From: Haplodiscus bocki
Lineage: Eukaryota
Direction: 5' to 3'
Length of the DNA: 64,000 nucleotides
Assembly (NCBI GenBank): GCA_965655095.1
Contig: OZ296648.1
Coordinates: forward strand, 103,168,001-103,232,000
Part shown: piece by piece, positions 13,320-23,612 of the stretch
Numbering within the stretch: the stretch's first letter is position 1
Layout: each line of letters starts with the position of its first letter
Made by a program: the position numbers and the translations under genes
The notes under the pieces: model-generated
Told to the model about the DNA's origin: nothing
Seen by the model: the letters and a program-made list of their open reading frames with translations, nothing else
The model's database searches: none

Positions 13320-14451
13320 CTTTTTGAAGGGAAAATGCTACCCAGTTATGAAGACTGAATTACTTTGTATTTGTTAATCAACTTGAGATTATAACAAAAA
13401 TGTTATTCTTTAAAATAAACAACTAGTCGCAATCGGTACAGTCAACTATAATCAAAGTGATAATAAAAATCTATTCCTCTAGTACTTTCGTTTCTCCTCT
13501 TTATACCTTTTCCTTGGCGGGAAACATAATTGTTTACACGCCAACTAAAGGTACAAAGTGGGAAAAAGTACTTTAATCATAATAATTACAAAGGAAATAT
13601 GCCGACTCTGGCGGGAAGTAAACAATTTTCCATCCATTTCTTCCTTTACAGACCGCATCTTTTCCATCTTTCGACGGAAAAGTTATGGGTCTCATCAGTC
13701 GGAAATGGATATCAAAGTGATTACTCCCGCGCCGATTAAATAAATAATAGCATAAACAAATGATCAGAAAGATTTTCCAACAGAGGAAAGTAATGAAAAA
13801 TGCACCAAAATTAAGTAGATGACACTAAAATAATCATAGAAAATCATAATTACATGCTTGGTAAAACTATTGAATCGATTTAATTCAGTTTCGGAAGGAA
13901 ACTAGGCTTTTTCCTAGTCCGTTTCTCGTTAATACTAGCTCACGCCTCACTTTGGCCGGAGCGTTCCGTGGCGACTACTTAGCCGCTTGTAGCACTGCCT
14001 TCACCAGTACTACTGAGGAGAATGATTTTGGTGGCTACGTAGACGTCCCGTGTCCGGCCAAAGTGAAACAGCGTAAAAACACAGCGGATTGGTTGAAAGT
14101 TTTGTGACGTCACCAGATCGGTAGCGACGTAACGCGCACGTAACAAAATATTCATTCCTAGCTGCTAGGCAGGTACGTGTTCGTTACCTAAAAGTTGCGT
14201 CCCAATCCGGTTCAGTACACGGGAATGCTATGTATAAAATACGTAGAATTTGTATGAAAATAAACTGCGGAGTGACACGTTTTTGATACGTATCAACTAC
14301 ATGTAAAAGCAAAGATATATTACTGCAATATTAATATAAGAATGGAAATAGAAAAGTCTAAGGTATTGATACAGTTTCTTCTAATTTTCAGGCAATCTGG
14401 GGATGTCCTTTTTTTCTGTATGCTCGTAGGCTTCGCGGATATACTGCGACA
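12917..14451 (-). repeat. 3' LTR (about 1535 bp)
   Basis: On the minus strand it starts TGTCGCAG directly after the PPT and ends GGTCCTTACA. Homology to the other copy stops exactly at that ACA. Confidence 0.85.
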
Positions 14452-14464
14452 CTCCCCCTCTTTG
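14452..14464 (-). promoter_or_regulatory. Polypurine tract
   Basis: Minus strand reads CAAAGAGGGGGAG|TGTCGC. Confidence 0.8.
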
Positions 14465-17349
14465 TGAAAGGACATTCCCATGGTCAATCTTCTTTTCTGT
14501 TTTCGATGCCCTCTGCTCATCGATGATTGTTCCAGATAGAAATCACAATTGTCCAGAGTTCACAAGATAACCAATCGCCGGTACGAATTTGAATCATAAA
14601 TGAAGAATTATTCTCGCCGATGGGAGTTGACGAATTCACCAAGAGTATTTTGTCAAGTGACGGAGTACATACGTAGATTCTCCGTAGTTTTCTTTTCGGC
14701 TGGGAAATTCTTTGTAGTTTCCATATTGAAAGGTAAAATTGATGAAGTTAAGTAAAAGTGAGTAGAATTTGAGGGTGCCACTGTGTACACAAGTCAAGGA
14801 AAGCAAAGTTTTGGAATGAGGAAACGTTTAGTTTCGTTCGTCAACGGTTCATTGAAATATCATGCTGATGTCATTGCTGGCAGACAATTTCATCAAATTT
14901 ATAATGAGTAAGTATTTAATGATTTAGGCATGTAAATCCATCAATTGATAGTCAAGTGTTGCTATTCCATAGAATGTCTGAGAAAAATGTGATCCTTCAT
15001 GAGGAGATCACTTCATCCAAGCAGATACTGTGTCAGTTGTAGGTTCTGCCAGAACTCATTTTGCCATTTCTATTAACCTCCATGTGCCCCTGAAGAAAAA
15101 TTTTGGTGGATATGGGCAAGGAGAGTCCGGGAATCCGGGTGAAGTTCTGGAATAGCTGGTTGTTGGAGATCATGGCGAAACTGATGAAGATGCGGGGAGG
15201 GAGACACACATCGAGGGTTAGGATGTCGATGTTGTTTGTGGTGCTCCCGCGTTGGCGATCTCCGGGTTTGAGTTGCAGTGTTTCATTTTCTCAGAGGTTT
15301 TCCGGGAAAAAGACTGGAGGTACTGACTTTGTCTGAGTGTGTTTTTGACACCGCTCGACTTCCGCAATGTGAGTTTTCAAACCTTCATACCTCATTAGTT
15401 TTTGGTTTGCTGGAATAATATGGTGCACTCATATTTTCCAAAAGCTAGTATTCAGTGCGCACCTCTTCATGAAGAGGACTTCGTGAGGCTATTGTGTTTT
15501 AGTGTATATTTGATCTGGGGAACCATTTGTTCGTCCGAATATCTCCGGGACCTCTCGGATTGACTCGGTTGTGATCCAAGTTTGAAGTTGTTGCTCCCAC
15601 TTCGGAGGATGTCCGGAAAGGGGCTTCTAGAAAAAAATCTCTCACGGCTGCTCTTGAGAGTTAGATTCTCTCTAATCTACATTGTGGATTTGTTTTTGGG
15701 GCAGTGGTTTATTATCCTCGTTTTTGCAGGTCATGCCGAACTTGCTCCTAGAGTCCGGAAGAGATGATGTATCAACTGGGGTGGAGACTGATGGTCAGAC
15801 GCCTGGTATCGCTAGTTGCGGGCCTCAATCTGACGTCTCTGAGGTTGTCCACAGTCGTAGTCGATGTTGGGAGCTATTGGAGCAGGCTTTTGATGATGGC
15901 AATAATCATGTTTGAATGAAGAATTTACTAGTATTGTTCCTCATTGGTTCTAGATTTCACCTCGTTTTTGCCTTTTAGATTAATTCGTCACCGAATCCTG
16001 CTGCCACTGTTGTGCATGCCATTGGGCATTAGATTGTTTGTTTTTGTCGCTCCGTCAGTGTGGTAGGAAAGGCTCAGTTGCTGAATCCTGTAATCAATAT
16101 TGGGTATTTTCGTTGAATTTGTATTTGCGCAATCAGTAGTGTGTTTGCAAAGTATATTTTATGTTGGCAGAGTTGAATGAAGTACTGGATCAGCTGCGAC
16201 ACTTTTGTGGTACGTTCCGTAGAGTTTCGGAAATCTTCCGTATCACTCCTTGTTTTTGCTCTGGTGGAAGCACTAATGTCGTTGACGTCGCCCATACTGG
16301 GATAATCTGGGGCTGTTTCTAGCTTTTTCTCATTCAGTCTAATCATTGCCTGTATTGTTGTAGTTGCACACAATATCGTTCAATTGCAATCTCAGAGAGA
16401 ACGAGTGGAAAATGAGTCAGTAGACAAGGATTATCCTCAGAAAATGATATTAGAAATTCACTGTTGCAATCACCAATATTCATTGAGAAATGGTAGTCAG
16501 AACATCGTTTTTGTTCCAGGAGAACTGTCAGGAGCTCCCAGGAATAGGTACGTATTCGCTACGTATCAGTTCCTTAACACGTTCCTAGGTTTTCCGGAAA
16601 GTGTACGTAGACGTTCCGTGGAACATATTAGGTCAGATTCAGAATTCAATGTCTGTAAGTTTCCTTGCAATTCGGATTCAGGTGATGGCGTAGATCATAT
16701 TCTGTGCTGCGGGGGTTGGTAGAGTTAGGGTTTTGATGCTTCCAATTGGTGACCCGTTTGTAGCTACAATCATGGTCCGTATCCATTATGTCATAAATCT
16801 TTTCTTTTATGGAGACTTTGGGGGCAAACTTCTCGTATTGTGCCCAGGATACTCCTAGTCAAATGGGTTGTGTAATTAGATAATTTACGAAATCTAGAGG
16901 CAGATACACTTTTCAGGAACTATGATGGAGGACACTGATATATACAGCTCGTTCATGTCTCATCTCTCACAAGCGTTTCCCAAACAGCGGTGAAGTTGTT
17001 TTTGTGAGAAGGCAAACATTGTCACCTCCATTACATCTGAGCTGTGAGGCCGTTAGTCGTTTCTTGGGTTTCGTTTTGACAGTTCTGGGAGTTATTGAGG
17101 CACAGTACTTGTTTGCTAGTAGTTCAATTTTCTCGGAACTGTTCCGTAGCGGTTCCGGATTTTGAAGCGAAGTTTCCTTTAAAGACGTCGTTTGTGACTC
17201 TACATCGTTTCTCTGTTTTAGTTGGGGCGTATGTGTGTTTTCATTAGTTTCTGCAGTAGATTCATTTTGAAAATTAGCTAATTTGAACTATCCAGAAATA
17301 TCTCCAGAGGTTGCTGCCAGACAACACATGGGATTGGTGGAATATTCTT

Positions 17350-18945
17350 CTGTTTGTCTCCCGTCTGTGAGTCACTGTTCCGGAGTGAAAATGTGGCATT
17401 TCTAGTTAAAATGTTGGGCTGTAGCCTGGACACAACCAGTTATGCTGTCGTGTGCGTCCTGTTTTTGAGGTTTGTTCTTCCAGGGAAGTGGCCTGTTTGC
17501 TGCATTGGCTCCAACGTAACATCTCTATGGAGTGGTTCGTTTTGCCACATGTCTCCCAGGGAGGGTAGAGAGTTCTAGATTTTCTGTCAGTTTTGTGATT
17601 GTTGGGGCTACAGTCGTTTGTGTCACTGCTGATATTTCCAGCATTATCTGGGTTGCCTGCAATTTGTTGTTTGTGCGTCACAGTGTTCATCTGAGTTTCA
17701 TCCAGATATTCCAAACTGTTAGGCTCTATTTCCCTTTCCAGATGTGTCACAATCTGTTCATACGTGTTGTTCTCCCAATGGGCCTGGTTTATTGATTTCT
17801 TCAGGTGTGGAGGCATCTTGGCATTTATGAATTGCGCAATGATTGCTTGGGCATCAACTCCGAGCGCATTTTTTGCCAATTTCTGGAGTTCGTCCAAAAA
17901 TCAATTAACTTCTGGTTCGCTGGATTGAACACTAGTTGTTGGAATTTGTGTTTTGCCGTAGCCATTGACTGGGGTTTCACGTATTTTCTACGGAACACAG
18001 TCAGGCTTTCTCCCAAATTCTCTCTGTTGGGGCTGGTGATGTTTTTGAACGTCTGCAGCGCATCACCACGCATGAGAGAGTGGAAATAGTATATTTTGTT
18101 TTCTTCTGTTAGCTGATTGTGGATTTTCAAACTCGTTTGGAATAGATCTTCAAACATTTCAATTTTCTCTGATTTCCCATCGAATGTGGGCATTGTTGCC
18201 GTGAGGGACTTAGGCAGTTTCGAGATTTTTGTGATATTGTTGTTGAAATTGGCTGAATTACTGTTCGTCGCCAATTGCTGATTGGTCAACAAAATCTGTT
18301 CTGCTTAAATTGTCGCAAGGGTGTTCTCACTGAGAAATTGTGGCTGACTTGTGGAGCGCGCCTTCTTTTGTTTTCCTGAGGAAACTCCAGAGGAGCAGTA
18401 GGGAATCTCTTCTTGAACTGCTGTCACCATGTCAGGGCCATTGCGAGTTTCTTCTGTAGCTCCTGTCAATATGTCGTGGCGTTCTGTAGCTCCTGTCACC
18501 ATGTAAGGACCGTCGTGAGTCTCTTCTATAACTCCTGTCACCATGTAAGGACCAACTTCTTCGCCAGAGTTATTTGTAGTCTGGCTGCGGAAGATGCCTG
18601 CTTCAGGATGAGGGTCACTCATGGAGTCGTCCTCATTCGTTCCCTGGTTATCCACGTTTGTGTTTCGGAATGTTTCCGGAACGATTCCGGAGTGCATCCG
18701 TATCTGTTGGTTCAGAAGAAACTCGTCTAATTTGGACAGAGTACCCAAAATGCGGCACTCTGTCCTGCTGTACTCCTGGGATAGTATTTAGTGACTCTGC
18801 CTTCTATCTCCTCAGAAAGTTGTGTAATATGTTCCTCGTTAATTCTAGGAACGGACGTGTTTCGTGACTGGCCATTCCTAGGATGTTCCTCTTGTGTTTC
18901 TCTTGTAACGGCTGCCAACTTTCGTTTGTTTCTCAACGTTGCCAT
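17350..18945 (-). pseudogene. Frameshifted gag
   Basis: Overlapping ORF pieces 18727-18945, 18305-18748, 17825-18292 and 17406-17897 join into one gag-like protein. Confidence 0.8.
18418..18543 (-). promoter_or_regulatory. Primer-binding site (18532-18543, TGGTGACAGGAG) plus three downstream tandem copies
   Basis: Abuts the LTR-terminal ACA. One mismatch from the tRNA-Leu-type PBS TGGTGTCAGGAG. Repeated at 18490-18501, 18460-18471 (degenerate) and 18418-18429. Confidence 0.75.
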
Positions 18946-20020
18946 CTTTTTGAAGGGAAAATGCTACGCAGATATGAAGACCGAATTATTTTGTATTTGT
19001 TATTAAACTTGAGATTATAACAAAAATGTTATTCTTTAAAATAAACAACTAGTCGCAATCAGTACAGTCAACTGATAATCAATGTGATATTAAGAATCTC
19101 CCCTCTAGTACTTTCGGTTCTCTTATTTATACCTTTTGCTTGGCGGGAAACATAATTGTTTACACGCCAAGTAAAGGTACAAAGTAGGGAAAAGTACTTT
19201 AATCATAATAATTACAAAGAAAATGTGCCGACTCTGGCGGGAAAAAAACAACTATCCCTCCAATTCTTCTTTTACAGACCGCGTCTTTTCCATATTTCGA
19301 CGGAAAATTTACGGGTCTGATCAGTCGGAAATGGATATCAAAGTGATTATTCCCGCGCCGACACAATAAATAATAACACAAACAAATGATCAAAAAAACT
19401 TCCCATAAGAGAAAGTATTGAAAAATGCACCAAAATTAAATAAAAAACACTAAAATAATCATAGAATATCATAAATACATCCTTGGTAATACTATTGCAT
19501 TGATTATATTCACTTTTGGAACGAAACTAGGCTTTTTTTAGCCCGTTCCACGTTTTTACTAGCTCACGCCTCACTTTGGCCGGAGCGTTCCGTGGCGACC
19601 ACGTAGCCGCTTGTAGCACTGCCTTCTGCAGTACTACTGAGGAGAATGATTCTGGTGGCTATGTAGACGTCCCGTGTCCATCCAAAGTGAAACAGCGTAA
19701 AAGCACAGCCGATTGGTTAAATGTTTTGTGACGTCACCCGATCTGTAGCGACGTAACGCGCACGTAACAAAATGTTCATTCCTAGCTTAGAATAGCTGCT
19801 AGGTAGGTACGTGTTCGCTACGTAAAAGTTGCGTCCCAATCTGGCTCAGTACACGGGAATGCTACGTATAAAATACGTAGAGTTTGTTTGAAAATAAACT
19901 GCGGAGTGATACGTATTTGATACGTATCGACTACATGTGAAAGCAATGATATTTTACAGCAATATTATTATATGAATGGAAATAGAAATGCCTAAAGTAT
20001 TGATAGAGTTTCTTCCAATT
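18544..20020 (-). repeat. 5' LTR (first part hidden in the N gap)
   Basis: Colinear with 12917 to about 14387. Confidence 0.85.
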
Positions 20021-20220
20021 NNNNNNNNNNNNNNNNNNNNNNNNNNNNNNNNNNNNNNNNNNNNNNNNNNNNNNNNNNNNNNNNNNNNNNNNNNNNNNNN
20101 NNNNNNNNNNNNNNNNNNNNNNNNNNNNNNNNNNNNNNNNNNNNNNNNNNNNNNNNNNNNNNNNNNNNNNNNNNNNNNNNNNNNNNNNNNNNNNNNNNNN
20201 NNNNNNNNNNNNNNNNNNNN
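20021..20220. other. Assembly gap (200 N)
   Basis: Run of N; contiguity across it is not guaranteed. Confidence 1.
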
Positions 20221-20369
20221 CAAAGCAAATCGAGGCAAATTTTTATGTGGAATATAAACAGAGTGGTTCTCAAACTAACCACGTTGTAAAACTTACAGCT
20301 TTTGGTAGATATCAGTCAAGATGTGAATGTGAAATCGTGTAGACAATAAATTCGAAATTTCATGGTACG

Positions 20370-21270
20370 TGTCATGAGCGTGCGCTCTTCTGTCATGATT
20401 GAGTTTTGTTGCCAGCAAGTTGCCGTTCTCGGAAAAATCAAAATCACGAGTCTCATCTATTATTTCTTGATAAATATTTAAGTCTAATCGGCTTGAAGCC
20501 GACCTGAGCGGGGTTCTGGACTGCACTATTAGGTGTGTTCCTGTTGAACTTGTAATCGATCTTAGAGCCACCTCAACTCGTGGAGTAACCACATCCTTTA
20601 TAGCCGTCGAAATCCCGTCATGCATGCGATTTTCGACAACGATAACAGCAATGTTGACTGCATCTCTGATTCTGTCGTCAGTGTTCTTTCCTGTGACCTG
20701 ATTTTGATGTGCAGTGTCATTGATCCTCTCAAAATCTTCACGGCGGTCACTAGCCTGTTGTTCTAAGTTCTCATTTTCTGACACACCCAAATTTGCATTT
20801 TTTCCAATGACACAATCATTCAAATTCTCATTCAATTGACTAAATTGCTTTTCCTGTTAAATCTTCCTCTCACGCGTGGAACCCATTTCCACAAAATAAT
20901 AATCTAACCAAAGTCACAAATGTCAACGCGCAACAAACAAATATCGAAAAATTATGAAAGATTCATAACTGAATGCAACAGTTTCACAATAAAATCCGTG
21001 TTTACACAAATAGAAGTTTCGAAGGTTGTCTCGAATGAGTTTTGTGCAATTTGCTATTAACTACAGGAGACGAAAATGACTGATTGGTAAAGAACTCTTT
21101 TAGTAGTAATCGATTGGTCGTTGTGACAGTTTTGATTGTGGTGTCCTTTTTTTCCTTTCTCTGTTCCAACCGAGTCGAGGAAAAATTGGTTGTCATGATT
21201 CTTGTCGTCAGCCAATTGTAATTGTCCTCTTCATCTCCCGGATTGTAGGGTTACGACTAAAACTGTAACA
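20370..21270 (-). mobile_element. Putative solo LTR of a related family, containing an internal ORF
   Basis: Minus strand TGTTACAG...GCTCATGACA. It contains MGSTRERKI*QEKQFSQLNENLNDCVIG...DRRAHAHD, which runs up to the terminal ACA. No TSD (GTACG versus TCAAT). Confidence 0.5.
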
Positions 21271-22542
21271 TCAATGAGGAAATTATCGGTTATTCAAGAC
21301 ATCATCTTTACTTAGATCTAAAGATAGTGCTAATATTCTGAAGACAAATCATCAAAGGATATGACACCACTTTTGCATGACAGTCAAAAAAAATATTAAC
21401 AACTGCAGTGGTGAATATATGTACGGGTGAGTTGGTTTCATGTATGTTTGCATGCGTAGATAGATTGGGCAAATGAATTGTGTCATGTTTTGTTACATGT
21501 GACATTCTTTTGACATAGCATTAAATATATCTGATTAAGGGTAGTAAATATTTTTGTCAGAAATGAACAGTTTATCCTGCATTTGATGTTACTCGTTAAA
21601 TGCTGTCTCCTAAATAATAATGACGAAGAAAGTATGTTTGAAAACTATTATTTTGGTTTATCATTTGTAATATATGTAATTTCGTTAGACTTTATTAGTA
21701 GTGATAATATATAACGACCTTCAACTAATTTAATTGTGCTCGCGTTGTCCTTAATGCTACCCCTTTTTGACATCAATTTCTCGGCGTTTGACGTACTTTT
21801 GACGTCGGTTTTGAGTAGTGGTGAGGCTGAGGGAATGAAGGCTTGTTTGTCGTCAGGTACGTCAAAATCACGTCCTTAGCTTTTTTAATGACGTGAAGAA
21901 TTAAAGGCGCAAGCTTTGTTATTAGTGGCTAGTCGAAATGGCGTTAACCAATAGGAGTTTGACAGAACTATAGACAAAGTAATAATAAAATACACACTGA
22001 ATTCGTTTGTTGAGCTTATCATCAAAAATGGTTGATGAGCCATATAAAAAAAGCAAAATTAGGAATTTCGGTGATTCTAATGACGATGATAGGTGAATGC
22101 GATTTATCCAATTACATTTCTGAGATTTTTTTGTTGAAAATGAAAATTAAATGGAGCCTGGATTGTAATGTGACGTAAGAATGTCCTAGATAAAAACGAT
22201 CGATCAGGATATTGTAGGTCAACTGTGGCAAAAGTTGACGTTTTTCAATGTAAATATGTATGTAGTTGAAAATTTTAGGGCAAGAATTACTAATACGACG
22301 TAGTTTCGACGTAACTTCAATTGTGCAGCTACGACATCCACATATTGTAAAATGTAATTACTAAAAACATCTCATTTGATGAGTTTTCATTTGCTTTTTG
22401 TTTATTACTGTGTGGGAGGAAAAATTTTATTTTTGTTTAACATAGCAGGAAAATCGTCAAGACAAAAATGCTAAATCGGAAGACTTTTAAACCCGATTTA
22501 CTGCCAACTGATAATGTCTCCTGTTCAAAGTCAGAGACCGTC

Positions 22543-23423
22543 TCTCATGAAGTCTAATTTTGCTTCGTATATTGTATGCCGCAAAACTGAGAAAACTTCA
22601 AAAAAATTTTAGCAACTGATGTTGACGTTACTAATCTCGAATAGTGATCAACAGAAACAAGAAATGTCAAAGATAAAACAAATCGAAGTTCAAAATTACA
22701 TAATGTTTTCAGTGAAATTATCACGAACTCTCGAAAGTTCCATTACAAAATCTGAACAAGATTATGACACTTCCCTCCTTTTTGAAACTTCCCCACTGTA
22801 CTGAAAAGACTGCTGTGCTCCGAAACATTCCAGTAACGACACCAAGGTTGATGATCGCGAAGCTGATGAGCTGTTTCGGAATCCGTCGTGTTTGATCGTA
22901 CGGCCACCTCCGTAGATGCCAGTCAGGTTGCTCTTCTCACGTTGCCTCACCCTGGACATCTCTCCGAAAACCAATCATTGATTGTACCCAACCTCCGTAA
23001 TCCAATTCCTTTTTGCCACTTGTTTATGAATTGTAACATCGCATTTTCGTTCCAAGTTGAGGTTTGCTTCAAGTTGAAGTTTGTATCTTCGGAATGGTGA
23101 TGGTTCGGCGCGAAGGCACCACTCCAGGACACCATCTCATGAAGTCTAATTTTGCTTCATATATTGTTGATTTCTTGATGTGCCGCAAAACTGAGAAGAC
23201 TTCAATAATATATTAGCAACTGATGTTGACGTTACTAATCTCGAAAAGTGATCAATAGAAACAAGAAATGTCAAAGATAAAACAAATCGAAGTTCAAAAT
23301 TACAATGTTGTCAGTCAAATTATCACGAACTCTCGAAAGTTCCGTTACATAATCTGAACAAGATTATGACACTTCCCTCCTTTTTGAAACTTCCCCACTG
23401 TACTGAAAAGACTGCTGTGCTCC
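22543..23423 (-). mobile_element. TRIM-like mini LTR unit in tandem configuration
   Basis: Direct repeats at 22543-22821 and 23135-23423. On the minus strand: PPT AAAAAGGAGGGAAG|TGTCAT (23372-23385 and 22770-22783), LTRs of about 230 bp, and a PBS-like TGGTGTCCTGGAGTGG at 23119-23134. Confidence 0.65.
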
Positions 23424-23439
23424 AATTTTATTAATTCAT

Positions 23440-23612
23440 AACATATTTGCCGTAAAAATCATTGAGTTAGAAAGTTTTCTCAAAGGGTGCAAAAAGTTGG
23501 GTTTTTAGAGAAAAATAGTGTTTTTTTGGAAAACCTTAAGTTTCTTCGAAATCGCTAAAAGTGGCCAGTTTGCAGTGGAATGTCTACTGATTGATATTAT
23601 TTCAACAAACAG
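23440..23612 (+). repeat. Fragment of the interspersed repeat family also seen at 35981-36465
   Basis: Shared ATTTGCCGTA..., GGGTTTTT...AAAATAG and AAATCGCTAAA motifs. Confidence 0.55.

Larger units (their letters stand above)
12917..20020 (-). mobile_element. Non-autonomous Gypsy-like LTR retrotransposon (pol almost entirely deleted); the 5' LTR runs into the assembly gap
   Basis: Direct repeats at 12917-14451 and 18544-20020. The PBS directly follows the 5' LTR, and the PPT directly precedes the 3' LTR. Gag motifs MPTFDGKSEK.E.FEDLFQTSLK, FHSLMRGDALQTF and a decayed Cys/His knuckle (TCGKTNH). Confidence 0.85.

Noticed and set aside
14104-14130. (T/G)GTAGCG with adjacent GTCACCA as an LTR end plus PBS (a 330-bp LTR with tandem internal regions)
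   Set aside because: Homology continues to 12917 and ends cleanly at CCTTACA, where the other copy has a directly abutting PBS. The 1.5-kb LTR model fits better, and this site is the CRE palindrome.
21770-22340. Cluster of GACGT motifs and a CCAAT box as a promoter or viral-like terminus
   Set aside because: No associated gene or terminal repeat could be identified.
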